Both the position numbers and the translations under genes were made by a program. A stretch of 64,000 bases of DNA from Acidobacteriota bacterium. Its GTDB lineage: Bacteria > Acidobacteriota > Thermoanaerobaculia > Gp7-AA8. How positions within the stretch are numbered: position 1 is the first letter of the stretch; every line of letters starts with the position of its first letter. Positions 1-10,105 of the stretch are shown here, in pieces. The DNA is taken from assembly GCA_021325515.1 (NCBI GenBank), contig JAJPHC010000030.1, positions 78,976 to 142,975 on the forward strand, read 5' to 3'. Below the pieces are notes generated by a model that ran no database searches, was not told the origin of the DNA, and saw only the letters and a program-made list of their open reading frames with translations.

Positions 1-2405
1 CCGATGAGATCGCGGAGATCGCGATCGACGACTTCACTCTGCCGGGACCGCCGCGCACTCTCAAGCGCGCGGTTCCTGCGCGGCGCGTCATGACCGTCAA
101 CGGCCCGCGGCTCGTCACGACGTCGTTCGATCTACTGCTCGCGCAATACGGCGTCGATCGTGGCCTCGGCAAAGGCGAATGGCCGCAGAGCTACGACGAT
201 GCCAGCCAGCCCTTCACTCCCGCATGGCAGGAACAGTTCACCGGCGTCAGCGCAGCGGACGTCATTCGCTTCGCCCGCGAGTGGGGCGATACCGCGGAGA
301 CGACGCAAGGGCGCTGCTCGATCATCATCGGCGCCGGCGTCAATCACTGGTACCACAACAATCTGATCTATCGCGCCTGCATCACCGCGCTGATGATCAC
401 CGGCTGTATTGGGCGCAGCGGCGGCGGCTGGAATCACTACGTCGGCCAGGAGAAGCTCGCGCCGCAGGGCTCATGGGCGCCGATCGCGTTCGCACTCGAC
501 TGGGGCGGACCGGCGAGGCTGCAGAACGCTCCGTCGTTTCACTACATGCACACCGATCAGTGGCGTTACGACCGTGCGTTCAAGGATCTCTGTCCGGTGA
601 CCGACGAGAAGCATCCGATGGCGACGGGCCACACCGCGGACCGGCAGGCGATGGCCGTGCGCAACGGCTGGCTCCCCTGCTTCCCGCAATTCGATCAGCC
701 GAATCGCAGTGTGCTGGAAGGCGCGCGGAAGAGCGGCACGGAAGACATCGGTGCCTACGTCGCCGCCCAGTTGCGCGAGCGCAAGCTCCGCTTCTCGATG
801 GAGGATCCCGACAACCCGCAATCGTGGCCGCGCGTCTTCTACATCTGGCGCGGCAATGCGCTGCAGGCCTCGGCCAAAGGTCACGAGTATTTCCTCAGGC
901 ACTACCTCGGCGTCGACAGCGCGGTGATCGCCGAGGAGCAGGCGAAGGACGACATCCGCGACGTCACCTGGCGCGACGAAGCGCCGCGCGGAAAGATGGA
1001 TCTGATCGTCGACATCAACTTCCGCATGGACACCTCGGCGCTCTACTCCGATGTCGTACTCCCGTCGGCGTCGTGGTACGAGAAGGACGATCTCAGCTCC
1101 ACCGACATGCACACGTACATTCACCCGCTGCAGAAGGCGGTGAATCCATGCTGGGAGTCGAAGAGCGACTGGCAGATCTTCCGCGACCTGGCGAAGCACA
1201 CACAGGATCTCGCGCGCGCGGCGAAGATACCGGCGTTCGACGATCTCGTCGTCACGCCGCTGATGCACGACACTCCGGCGGAGATCGCGCAGCCGGCGGT
1301 GCGCGACTGGACGCGCGGCGAATGCGAGCCGATCCCCGGCCGCACCATGCCCAACGTCACGATCGTCTCCCGCGACTACGCGAACATCTACAACCGTTTC
1401 ATCTCTGTCGGCCCGAAGTTCCGCGACATGGGCCTCGGCGTACATGGGACGAAGTACGCCGTCGACGATGTCTATGACGAGTGGCTGCGGAGCGAGCCGG
1501 TCGAGACGTGGGATGGCCGGAGCTATCCCTCGCTGCGCGAAGACAGAACGGCATGCGATGTCATCCTCCGTTTCGCGGCGGAAACGAATGGCGAGCTCGC
1601 CTGGCGCGCATTTCAAAATGAATCGGAGAAGAGCGGGCGCGATCATTCGCATCTCGCCGCCGACACGCGCGGTGTGCGCTACAGCTTCGATGATCTGATC
1701 CAGCAGCCGCGGCGCGTGTTCACGACGCCGTTTTGGACCGGGATCACGACCGGGGGCCGCACCTACGCAGGCTTCGCGCAGAACATCGAGGAGCTGCTGC
1801 CGTGGCGCACGCTGAGCGGACGCCAGCATCTCTACCTCGATCACGAGGTCTATCGCGCGTACGGCGAGCATCTGCCGACGTACAAACCGCGGCCGGATCA
1901 GGAGGCGATCGGCGATCTCGCCGTCATGCAACCGCAGGACGGCCTCGTCCTCAACTACCTCACGCCGCACGGCAAATGGCACATCCACTCGACCTACGGC
2001 GACACGCTGCGCATGCTCACGCTCTCGCGCGGCACGGAGCCGGCGTGGATGAACGACAAGGACGCGGCCTCCGCCGGCATCAAAGACAACGACTGGGTCG
2101 AGATCGTCAACGATCACGGCGTCGTGGTCACGCGCGCCTGTATCAGCGCGCGCATCCCGCGCGGCATGTGCCTCATCTATCACGCGACGGAGCGAACGAC
2201 CGGCACGCCGAAGACCACCGCGCGTGAAGGCAAGCCGATGCGCGGCGGCGCACACAACAGTCTGACGCGCGCGCGGCTGAAACCGCTCTTCATGATCGGC
2301 GGCTACGCGCAATTCACCTGGGCCTTCAACTACTGGGGGCCGCAGGGCATCAACCGCGACACGTATGTGGTCGTCCGCAGAATGAAGGGAGCCCCGCAAT
2401 GGTGA
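1..2405 (+). CDS. narG: Respiratory nitrate reductase alpha subunit, copy 1 (5' part outside window)
   Basis: Frame is open from position 3. NarG motifs [32 protein letters not shown] and FNYWGP are present. Followed by narH. Confidence 0.95.
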   Translation, partial: DEIAEIAIDDFTLPGPPRTLKRAVPARRVMTVNGPRLVTTSFDLLLAQYGVDRGLGKGEWPQSYDDASQPFTPAWQEQFTGVSAADVIRFAREWGDTAETTQGRCSIIIGAGVNHWYHNNLIYRACITALMITGCIGRSGGGWNHYVGQEKLAPQGSWAPIAFALDWGGPARLQNAPSFHYMHTDQWRYDRAFKDLCPVTDEKHPMATGHTADRQAMAVRNGWLPCFPQFDQPNRSVLEGARKSGTEDIGAYVAAQLRERKLRFSMEDPDNPQSWPRVFYIWRGNALQASAKGHEYFLRHYLGVDSAVIAEEQAKDDIRDVTWRDEAPRGKMDLIVDINFRMDTSALYSDVVLPSASWYEKDDLSSTDMHTYIHPLQKAVNPCWESKSDWQIFRDLAKHTQDLARAAKIPAFDDLVVTPLMHDTPAEIAQPAVRDWTRGECEPIPGRTMPNVTIVSRDYANIYNRFISVGPKFRDMGLGVHGTKYAVDDVYDEWLRSEPVETWDGRSYPSLREDRTACDVILRFAAETNGELAWRAFQNESEKSGRDHSHLAADTRGVRYSFDDLIQQPRRVFTTPFWTGITTGGRTYAGFAQNIEELLPWRTLSGRQHLYLDHEVYRAYGEHLPTYKPRPDQEAIGDLAVMQPQDGLVLNYLTPHGKWHIHSTYGDTLRMLTLSRGTEPAWMNDKDAASAGIKDNDWVEIVNDHGVVVTRACISARIPRGMCLIYHATERTTGTPKTTAREGKPMRGGAHNSLTRARLKPLFMIGGYAQFTWAFNYWGPQGINRDTYVVVRRMKGAPQW

Positions 2406-3886
2406 AGCTCGACGTACGCGCTCAGGTGTCGATGGTGTTTCACCTCGACAAGTGCATCGGCTGCCACACCTGCAGCCTCGCCTGCAAGAACCTCTGGACC
2501 GAGCGGCCCGGCGCCGAGTACATGTGGTGGAACAACGTCGAGACGAAGCCGGGCACGGGATATCCGAGCAACTGGGAAGATCAGGATCGGTGGCAGGGCG
2601 GCTGGAGTGTAGGACAGGCGCCCTCGCCCGTCCTCCGTTCCCAGGGAAAACTCACGGGACTGCTCAAGCTCTTCTACAACGCGAATCAGCCCGGCCTCGA
2701 CGACTATTACGAGCCATGGACCTATCGCTACAGCGATCTGTTCGATGCGCCACAGGGCGATGTCCAACCATCCGCTGCACCCATTTCGCAAATCACGGGA
2801 AAGCCGATCGACATCAAGCGCGGGCCGAACTGGGATGACGATCTCGGCGGCTCGCCGCTCTATGCGGAGAACGATCCGAATCTCGCGTCGCTGACGGAAG
2901 ACGAGCGGAAGTCGCTGTTCGAAGTCGAGCGGATGACGATGATGTACCTCCCGCGCATCTGCAATCACTGCACGAATCCGGCGTGCGTCGCAGCATGTCC
3001 GTCCGGTGCGCTCTACAAGCGCGGCGAAGACGGCATCGTGCTCGTCAATCAGGATGCCTGCCGCGGCTGGCGTGCGTGCGTCGCCGCCTGCCCGTACAAG
3101 AAAGTCTTCTACAACTGGAAAACGGGCAAGTCGGAGAAGTGCATCCTCTGCTATCCGCGTCTCGAGACGGGACAGCCGCCGGCCTGCTTCCACTCCTGCG
3201 TGGGCCGCATCCGGTACATGGGAGTCATCCTCTACGACGCAAGCCGCATCGCGGAGGTCGCGAACGCGCCGGTCGAGAAGCTGATCGACCTGCAGCGCTC
3301 GATGCTCCTCGACCCGAATGATCCTGTGGTCATCGCCGCCGCGGAAGAGAACGGAGTGAGCGCCCAACTACTCGCTGCAGCAAAGCAGTCGCCGGTCTGG
3401 AAATTCGTACGCGAGTGGGAGCTCGCGCTGCCGCTGCATCCGGAGTACCGCACGCTGCCGATGCTTTTCTACGTGCCGCCTCTCGTACCGGTGATGGGGC
3501 ATCGCGAGGAGGGCCTCTACACACGCGCCGGCGATCGCGAATCGATCTTCAATGCAATCGACGAAGCGCGGCTGCCGGTCAAGTACCTCGCGTCGCTCTT
3601 CTCCGCCGGCGATCCCGAGCCCGTCAAAGCGGCGTTGCGCAAGCTGATGGCGGTGCGCTGGCACCGCCGCTCGCTCGAGTTCAAGACCATCGACCCGCAG
3701 CAGATCCTCGCCGACGCCGGCCTCACCGTCGAACAGGCCAACGCGATCTATCGCCTCACCGCGCTGTCGACGCTCGAAGAGCGCTTCGTCCTGCCGCCGC
3801 TGCAGCGCGAGGAAGCGCTCAGCACATTCGGCGACACCGCTGCCGAAGACTGCCGCCAGAGCTGCGGCCTCGGGAGGACGATGTGA
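2399..3886 (+). CDS. narH: Nitrate reductase beta subunit, copy 1
   Basis: Four Fe-S motifs: CIGCHTC..C, CNHCTNPAC..C, CRGWRAC..C, CILC..C..C. Confidence 0.95.
   Translation: MVKLDVRAQVSMVFHLDKCIGCHTCSLACKNLWTERPGAEYMWWNNVETKPGTGYPSNWEDQDRWQGGWSVGQAPSPVLRSQGKLTGLLKLFYNANQPGLDDYYEPWTYRYSDLFDAPQGDVQPSAAPISQITGKPIDIKRGPNWDDDLGGSPLYAENDPNLASLTEDERKSLFEVERMTMMYLPRICNHCTNPACVAACPSGALYKRGEDGIVLVNQDACRGWRACVAACPYKKVFYNWKTGKSEKCILCYPRLETGQPPACFHSCVGRIRYMGVILYDASRIAEVANAPVEKLIDLQRSMLLDPNDPVVIAAAEENGVSAQLLAAAKQSPVWKFVREWELALPLHPEYRTLPMLFYVPPLVPVMGHREEGLYTRAGDRESIFNAIDEARLPVKYLASLFSAGDPEPVKAALRKLMAVRWHRRSLEFKTIDPQQILADAGLTVEQANAIYRLTALSTLEERFVLPPLQREEALSTFGDTAAEDCRQSCGLGRTM
2607..2633 (+). repeat. GTAG-type REP copy inside the narH coding sequence
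   Basis: gtgtaggacaggcgccctcgcccgtc matches the intergenic REP at 61019-61044 at 25 of 26 positions. Confidence 0.8.
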
Positions 3887-4332
3887 CCCTGTCAGCGCTG
3901 TTTCGTTATCCCGAGCGGCCGGTGGCCGCCGGCGAGCACGATCTCGAGCGTTTCGACGCCGAGATGTCCGCGCTCGACCTGCAGACGCAGCAATCGCTCT
4001 ACACCTCGACGTTCGATCTCGCGCCGTCGTGCACGCCGTACCTCGGCGTGCATCTCTTCGGCGATGAGAATGCCGATCGCGCGCGGCTCATGGTCGGTCT
4101 GCGCCTCGCCTACAAGCGAGCCGGCATGAGTGAAGGCGGAGAGCTGCCCGATCACATCGCCGAGGTGCTCGACTTCGACGCACGCGGCGTGGAGGAGAAG
4201 GAGGAGCTGCGCCGGCTCATCCTCGTCCCCGCGTTGACGAAGATGAATGAGCTGCTCCAGCCGACGTCGAATCCCTACAGACATCTCGTCGCGGCAACGC
4301 TGCACCGAATGGAGGAATCCCGTGAGTCGTGA
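3883..4332 (+). CDS. narJ: Nitrate reductase molybdenum cofactor assembly chaperone, copy 1
   Basis: GTG start overlaps the narH stop. Motifs YTSTFDL..CTPYLGVHLFG and ELPDHI; lies between narH and narI. Confidence 0.85.
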   Translation: MTLSALFRYPERPVAAGEHDLERFDAEMSALDLQTQQSLYTSTFDLAPSCTPYLGVHLFGDENADRARLMVGLRLAYKRAGMSEGGELPDHIAEVLDFDARGVEEKEELRRLILVPALTKMNELLQPTSNPYRHLVAATLHRMEESRES

Positions 4333-4981
4333 TCTGCTGCTCGTCGCACTCCCCTACGCGTCGGTCGCGATCTTCCTCGCGGGGACGATCTGGCGCTTCC
4401 GCTCCGCGCGGACGATCTCGTCGCAGTCGTCGCAGTTCCTCGAGCGCCGCTGGCTGGCGTGGGGCACGATTCCCTTTCACTTCGGGATCTTCGTCGTGCT
4501 CGCCGATCATCTCGTGCCGCTCGTCGCGCCGGACATGTGGCGCGTCCTCGTATCGAAGCCGTGGGGCCTCCTCGCGGTCGAGAGCCTCGGCGCGGGCGGG
4601 GCGATGCTCGCGCTGCTGGGGCTGACGATTCTCCTGCTTCGCCGCCTCGGCACAGGCGTGGTCCGCGCGTCGTCGAGCTTCGGCGACATCGCGGTCGTCG
4701 TGCTGCTGATCGCTCAGGCCGCACTCGGCTTCGCGGTCGCGTCGCTGCATCGCTGGGGATCGGTGTGGTCCGTAGGCACGACCGTTCCGTACCTGCGCAG
4801 CCTGCTCGCATTCAACCCTGATGTGACGTATGTCGCCGGCGTGCCGCCGCTGATGCAGTGGCATCTCGCCGGAGCATGGATCATCCTCGCGCTGCTCCCC
4901 TTCACGCGATTGGTCCACATGTTGACCTTCCCGCTGGGATATCTGTTCCGCAGACCGCAAAAGGTGGTCTGGACGACGTAA
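4322..4981 (+). CDS. narI: Nitrate reductase gamma subunit (di-heme b), copy 1
   Basis: GGAGG then GTG start. About 5 TM helices, four heme histidines (PFHFG, ADH, QWH, FTRLVH) and an SSQFLE motif. Confidence 0.92.
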   Translation: MSRDLLLVALPYASVAIFLAGTIWRFRSARTISSQSSQFLERRWLAWGTIPFHFGIFVVLADHLVPLVAPDMWRVLVSKPWGLLAVESLGAGGAMLALLGLTILLLRRLGTGVVRASSSFGDIAVVVLLIAQAALGFAVASLHRWGSVWSVGTTVPYLRSLLAFNPDVTYVAGVPPLMQWHLAGAWIILALLPFTRLVHMLTFPLGYLFRRPQKVVWTT

Positions 4982-4987
4982 GGTAAG

Positions 4988-5040
4988 GTGCCTTCTCCCC
5001 TCCACGAGGGGAGAAGGTGGCCGCACGGCCGGATGAGGGG
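4988..5040. repeat. REP-like double hairpin between convergent genes (possible terminator)
   Basis: ccttctcccctc..gaggggagaagg hairpin followed by ggccg..cggcc. Confidence 0.65.
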
Positions 5041-5046
5041 CGGTAC

Positions 5047-8046
5047 TCAGTGCGATGGGCGCCGTCTTGCGCGCGTCGTCGTCGTACCGGTCACATTCGC
5101 GATGTTCAACGTTGCCGTCGACGGACTCCCCAGAGTCGCGCCGTTCGTCGGCGATGACAGCCGCAGCGACACCGTCTCCGTTCCTTCGCTCTGCGTATCC
5201 GAGAGCAGCGTCACGCGGAATGTCTTCGGGTCGGAGTCGCCGTCGGCCCACGTCAGAGTGCCGCTCGCCGGCGCGTAATCGGAGCTCGTCGCGCTGCCAT
5301 TCGCGGTCGAGTACGACACCGACACCGTCCCCTTGTTCCCGCCGAGGCGGACGACGGTGATCGTCGCCGCGGAGCCTTCGTTGCCATTGAACGCCGCGCC
5401 GCTGAAGGACAGCGATCCCGGCTGCGTCGTCGGCCCGGAATACGTACCGCGGCGATAGATCACCGGATACGCCGCGCCGCTCAACCACTGCGCGGGATTG
5501 CCGGAGGGCGTCAGATGATCCGCCGCGAGCTGCTGGATCGCGACGCTCGAGCCACTCGCGTTCGACGCGCCGTAGCCGTACACGATCGCGCGATCGTCAC
5601 CGGTATACGACGGCGCCGCGAATGCCCCCGTTTCCTGTCCCACGAACTGCAGATCGCCATTGTCGAGATTCGTCGCGATCACGTACGTCTTCGCGGCGCC
5701 CGCGTCGTAGGCCTCGAACGTCAGCAGGTCGTCGCTCGTGTGGCCGAGCGCCGGGAAACCGAAATCGTAACCGCCGTCCGGAGGGATGACGCCGTACGTC
5801 GTCGCGTCATCGAGCGCGATGGCGTAGATGCTCCACGCGCCCCATAGCTGTCCGTTCGTCGTCAGCTCGTTGAACGCATCGAACAACAGGAACTGTCCGT
5901 CGTGCGTGAACGCCATCGCGTCGGCGTAGTCGATCGTCGTCACCGAGGTTCCGTCGTAGGTCGGCGTATCGACCTGATACGACGTCTGCTGATTCGTCCC
6001 GAGGTCGACGACGATGATCTTGTTGTCGGGGTTCTTCTGCGCATCCATCAGCACGAAGGCGAACTTGTTTCCATCCGGCGACATCGCGGTCGACGAAACA
6101 CGGATGCCGCTCTTCGGCAGATCGAGACAGACTTCCGCCGCGCTGCCGTCGGTACGGATCAGGCACATGTCGTTGATCGAATCGACGAACGCTGCGAGCG
6201 TTCCGTCCGCCGATACGGAAGGGCGCGACTGCGCCACATCGAAGTGGCTCAGGTACGCGCCGGCCGTACCGTCGCTCGGGAGCTCTTTGCGTCCGAGGAA
6301 CCACGACGCGTTGTCCTTGAAGACGAAGAGCGTGCTGTCGGTTCCGCTGATCACCGGAATCGACGGCTGATCCGGCACCGGCGGCGCGGCGAAGATCTCG
6401 ACGGCATCGAACGCCTCGCCCGTCTTCGCGGCCTGCACGGAATTCGTCCCGAATAATTCCTGCGCGGACGTGACCGCGGCGATGCGTGCGTCGATGAACT
6501 GCGAGTCCTTCGTGAGGTGCTGCGTCAGCGCGCGATAAAAAATCTTCTCCGCGTCGCGATTGCCGATCGCTCCCGGCAGCCCCGCCGCGAGCAGGTAGTA
6601 CGCGCGGTTGATGATGCCGCTGTTCGTGTGCACACCGCCGTTGTCCTGCGTGGTCACGAGGAACTGGCTCATCTTCGCCGGATCGCCGAACTGCGCAGGA
6701 TTCGCCATGTTGCGGATCTTCCCGCGGAGCTGCGAGCCGATGATCCAGTCGTTGCTGCCGAACGTCCTCGCCTCGGCCATCTCGCCGAAGATGTCGGACA
6801 TCGCTTCGTTCAACGCTCCCGATTGATCCTTGTAGACGAGTTTCGCCGTGTGCGACGTCACGCCATGCGTCATCTCGTGCGCGATGACATCGAGCGAGCC
6901 CGCGTAGGAGTCGTCGTCGCCGAAGACCATGAACTGCTGCTCGTCATCCCAGAACGCGTTGGGAAAACGCTGGCCGAGGCGAACGATGCCGGTGAGTGAG
7001 CCGCCGTTGCCGTCGATCGAATTGCGATTGTGACGTTCGAGGTAGTAGTCGTACGTCTCGCCGATCCAGACCGCGGCGCTGACCGTATCGGGGACATTCC
7101 AACTGTTCGCGCTGCCCGACGTTGCGACGGCCAGTCCCGGCGGAAAATTCTTCGGCTCGGATGATGCCGGCTGATTGCCGGCGTCCGCGACGAAGATGCC
7201 GCCGCGCGTCTTCTGCGGGCTCGGAGCCTGCGACGTTGTATCGAACATCTTCTTCGTCGCGTTGAGCATGTAGTACGTCGGGCCTTCGAGCCAGAGGTCG
7301 AGCGTGCGCGTCGTGCCGCCGAGGTCGCGGCCGGAACCGCGCGCGGTGGAGGTTTCGACGGTGTTGTAGCGAGTCAGTTCCGCGCCGGTCGCAGCGTCGA
7401 TGAAGACCAGCCATCTCGCGGCGAGTGACTGAAAGACGCTGACCTTCCATGCGAGACGCGGGCGGCTGCCGGCGCGCGCGTAGATGAGCAGCTCGGCCTC
7501 GCCGGCGAGTGCATCGTTCGCCGCACGCTGCTTCGCGCTGTCCGCGGTGATCTGCGGCTTGTTCACGACACGCCGCGGCGTGGGCACGTACGCACCTTCG
7601 ACGAGGTCGATGTCACCGCGAGGATTCGTGTGCACGAGCAATTCAGACGGCCAGACTTCGAGTCCGCGATAGCGCTGTGAGAAGCGCAGCAGCGCGCGGC
7701 CGTCGTCATCAACGCTCGCCGTGGACGCAACGAGCTCGGTATCGGGATCGTTGAGGCGTAACGCACGGCGATTCTCGCGGAAGAACGTACGCGCGGTCTC
7801 GAGATCATCGCGCACTGCGTCCGCCGCGAACTTGTGGACCGCGGGCTGCAGTTGTTCGCCGCGGATCTGCCGCGGCGTGCCGTTCGTGCGATAGAGGCCG
7901 TCGAAGTCGCGGCCTGCGGGCGCGGCCTTGAGAGCCGGCGTTTGCGCCGGATGACCGCTCAATGCTTTCTGAAGCCGCTGGCTGATGTCGATGGCGATGG
8001 GGTCGTTGGTGGAGAGAGTGGCAGCGAGAATCAGCGTCCCGAGCAT
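5047..8046 (-). CDS. Secreted thermolysin-family (M4) metallopeptidase with propeptide, propeller-like region and C-terminal Calx-beta domain
   Basis: Motifs NAFW, HEMTH, GALNEAMSD and DNGGVHTNSG. Hydrophobic N-terminus. Calx-beta-like SVSYSTANGSAT..DY..SGTLTW. Start uncertain. Confidence 0.9.
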   Translation of the reverse strand: MLGTLILAATLSTNDPIAIDISQRLQKALSGHPAQTPALKAAPAGRDFDGLYRTNGTPRQIRGEQLQPAVHKFAADAVRDDLETARTFFRENRRALRLNDPDTELVASTASVDDDGRALLRFSQRYRGLEVWPSELLVHTNPRGDIDLVEGAYVPTPRRVVNKPQITADSAKQRAANDALAGEAELLIYARAGSRPRLAWKVSVFQSLAARWLVFIDAATGAELTRYNTVETSTARGSGRDLGGTTRTLDLWLEGPTYYMLNATKKMFDTTSQAPSPQKTRGGIFVADAGNQPASSEPKNFPPGLAVATSGSANSWNVPDTVSAAVWIGETYDYYLERHNRNSIDGNGGSLTGIVRLGQRFPNAFWDDEQQFMVFGDDDSYAGSLDVIAHEMTHGVTSHTAKLVYKDQSGALNEAMSDIFGEMAEARTFGSNDWIIGSQLRGKIRNMANPAQFGDPAKMSQFLVTTQDNGGVHTNSGIINRAYYLLAAGLPGAIGNRDAEKIFYRALTQHLTKDSQFIDARIAAVTSAQELFGTNSVQAAKTGEAFDAVEIFAAPPVPDQPSIPVISGTDSTLFVFKDNASWFLGRKELPSDGTAGAYLSHFDVAQSRPSVSADGTLAAFVDSINDMCLIRTDGSAAEVCLDLPKSGIRVSSTAMSPDGNKFAFVLMDAQKNPDNKIIVVDLGTNQQTSYQVDTPTYDGTSVTTIDYADAMAFTHDGQFLLFDAFNELTTNGQLWGAWSIYAIALDDATTYGVIPPDGGYDFGFPALGHTSDDLLTFEAYDAGAAKTYVIATNLDNGDLQFVGQETGAFAAPSYTGDDRAIVYGYGASNASGSSVAIQQLAADHLTPSGNPAQWLSGAAYPVIYRRGTYSGPTTQPGSLSFSGAAFNGNEGSAATITVVRLGGNKGTVSVSYSTANGSATSSDYAPASGTLTWADGDSDPKTFRVTLLSDTQSEGTETVSLRLSSPTNGATLGSPSTATLNIANVTGTTTTRARRRPSH

Positions 8047-8095
8047 GAAATAAATCTTAAGACCGTGCGGCGATTCCTGCCACACTCTCCATGCG

Positions 8096-8602
8096 ATGAA
8101 GCGCCGCTGGATCGAAGTGTCGGACCTGATGCAGGACCAGTACGTCTACGCGCTGACCGAACCTGAAGGACGCAATTTTCATCCCGATTTCAAACCGCAG
8201 CTCACACCGCGCGAGCTCCTCGCGCTCGGGATCTTCGGCGGCCGCTACATGACGGACTGCGGCGCGGAGTTTCCCGCGAGCTGGTACGAGAACGCGAAGC
8301 TCTGCTCCGAGCGCCACGACCCCGCGCTGAATTTCTTCGGGGTCAATGCCTCGCAGCCGCTTGCCGAATGGCAGCGGAAAGGATGGATTCGCGATCAGGA
8401 TCCGCGCGGATGGTTCCAGTGGTACTGCCGTTATTTCCTCGGCCGCCGCAGCGACGATGACGAGCGGCAGATCAAGCGATGGAAGGCGATGACGCGCCAC
8501 ATCGCACAGATTCGCCAGGGTTGTCCCGACGGCAATCTGGAGTGCCATCGCAAGCAGCGCCAGGCGCTGCTGCACTGGGCGTACGACTCACGAAAGATAT
8601 GA
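8096..8602 (+). CDS. Conserved hypothetical protein (DPRGWFQWYCRY family)
   Basis: Natural-looking ORF with conserved-type motifs F.PQLTPRELL..GIFGG and RQALLHWAYD. Confidence 0.75.
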   Translation: MKRRWIEVSDLMQDQYVYALTEPEGRNFHPDFKPQLTPRELLALGIFGGRYMTDCGAEFPASWYENAKLCSERHDPALNFFGVNASQPLAEWQRKGWIRDQDPRGWFQWYCRYFLGRRSDDDERQIKRWKAMTRHIAQIRQGCPDGNLECHRKQRQALLHWAYDSRKI

Positions 8603-9969
8603 CTGCGCCGCCGTATTGCGCACGGACATCGGCGTCACGTGATTTGAAACCTTCCCGCTCGCCTTTCGTTCATCGCTGCGTGCGTTTCTGCCTGTTGTTT
8701 CTCCTCAGCCTTCTCGCGCTTGCGTCATTCGCGGCCGAGCCACCGAGCGCATTGCCGTCGCCGATTCCGGTCCCCGCTGCCGCCCAGCAATCCGCGCACT
8801 TCGATCCCGAAGCGGCGACGACGGCCTATCTCGCCGTGATGCCTCCCGCGGCGAAGGCGCGCTCCGATGCGTACTTCGAGGGAGGCTACTGGCTGATCCT
8901 CTGGGATTTCCTCTACGGCGCGGCGATCTCGATCGCGCTGCTCGCATTCGGCTGGTCCGCGCGCATGCGCAATCGCGCGGAGCGCATCACAGGCAACGTC
9001 ACCCTGCAGACCATCTTGTATCTCCTGCAGTATTTCGCGGCCGTTGCGATCGCCACCTTTCCGCTCGCGCTTTACGAGACCTTCTTTCGCGAACATCAGT
9101 ACGGGCTCTCCACGCAGACGTTCGCCCAGTGGCTGCGCGACTCGAGCGTCGAGCTCGCGGTCGATGTCGTCATGGGGGCGATCGTCGCGTCGGTTCTCTA
9201 CGCAATCGTGCGCAGGCTGCAGCGCACGTGGTGGATCTGGGGCGCGGCGGCAACGTCGGCCTTCGTGATCGTTCTGCAGCTCGTCTGGCCGGTCTTCATC
9301 TCACCGCTGTTCAACAAGCGCATCCCGTTGCGAGACCGGCGAGTGACGGAGCCGATCCTGCGCATGGCGAGAGCGAATGGCATCCCGGCCGATGACGTCT
9401 ATCAGATCGATGCATCGCGGCAGACGACGCGCATGAGCGCGAATGTCTCCGGCTTCGGCAGCACGATGCGCATCACGATCAATGACAATCTCCTCCGCCG
9501 CGGTTCACCCGAAGAGATTCAGGCGGTGATGGGCCACGAGATCGGGCACTACGTGCTCAATCATTCCTATGACCGCGCATTCAAGTTCACGATCATCATC
9601 GTCTTCTGGTTCATTGCGCTGCGCCTCTCTCTCGGTTGGGCGCTCGAACGCTGGGGCGGACGCCTCGGCCTGCGCGGCATCAGCGATCCTGCCGCGCTGC
9701 CGCTCGTCGTCCTGTTGTCCTCGCTCTTCTTCTTCGTTCTCACTCCGGTCATCAACACGATCATCCGGATGCAGGAAGCGGAGGCGGACATGTATGGGCT
9801 CAATGCCGCACACGAGCCGGACGGATTTGCGCAGGCCGCGCTGCACCTCGGCGAATACCGCAAGATGAGTCCCGGGCCGGTGGAGGAGATCCTCTTCTTC
9901 GATCATCCAAGCGGCCGCGAACGCATCTTCGCCTCGATGCGTTGGAAGGCGGAGCATCTGCAGGAGTGA
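8599..9969 (+). CDS. M48 (Ste24/HtpX-like) membrane zinc metalloprotease
   Basis: Several TM helices; HEIGH, E.EAD and FFDHPS..ERI motifs. Start uncertain. Confidence 0.88.
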   Translation: MTAPPYCARTSASRDLKPSRSPFVHRCVRFCLLFLLSLLALASFAAEPPSALPSPIPVPAAAQQSAHFDPEAATTAYLAVMPPAAKARSDAYFEGGYWLILWDFLYGAAISIALLAFGWSARMRNRAERITGNVTLQTILYLLQYFAAVAIATFPLALYETFFREHQYGLSTQTFAQWLRDSSVELAVDVVMGAIVASVLYAIVRRLQRTWWIWGAAATSAFVIVLQLVWPVFISPLFNKRIPLRDRRVTEPILRMARANGIPADDVYQIDASRQTTRMSANVSGFGSTMRITINDNLLRRGSPEEIQAVMGHEIGHYVLNHSYDRAFKFTIIIVFWFIALRLSLGWALERWGGRLGLRGISDPAALPLVVLLSSLFFFVLTPVINTIIRMQEAEADMYGLNAAHEPDGFAQAALHLGEYRKMSPGPVEEILFFDHPSGRERIFASMRWKAEHLQE

Positions 9970-10072
9970 GAGCGCCCGTTTGGGGACGCAGCTCGCCGCC
10001 TGCCATTCCCGAACGTTCGCGGGAGCTCGACCGATGACGACGCTCCGCGGAGTCCCGGCCATTCGGACTTAC

Positions 10073-10102
10073 TGCCCCTGACGAAGTAGGGTCAGCGGCA
10101 GC
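10073..10102. terminator. Hairpin between convergent genes
   Basis: Imperfect stem ctgcc.ctgac...gtcag.ggcag; no U-tract. Confidence 0.35.
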
Positions 10103-10105
10103 AGC

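Noticed and set aside
1016-1186. Identical tracts of about 36 nt shared by narG1 and narG2 (gene conversion?)
   Set aside because: They coincide with invariant protein motifs under strong codon bias, which is insufficient evidence without a synonymous-site analysis.
471-2399. Long antisense or alternative-frame ORFs (e.g. 471-2399, 20184-22505, 28636-31224, 38234-40567)
   Set aside because: Shadow ORFs of high-GC genes with Arg/Ala-rich, motif-free translations opposite well-supported genes.
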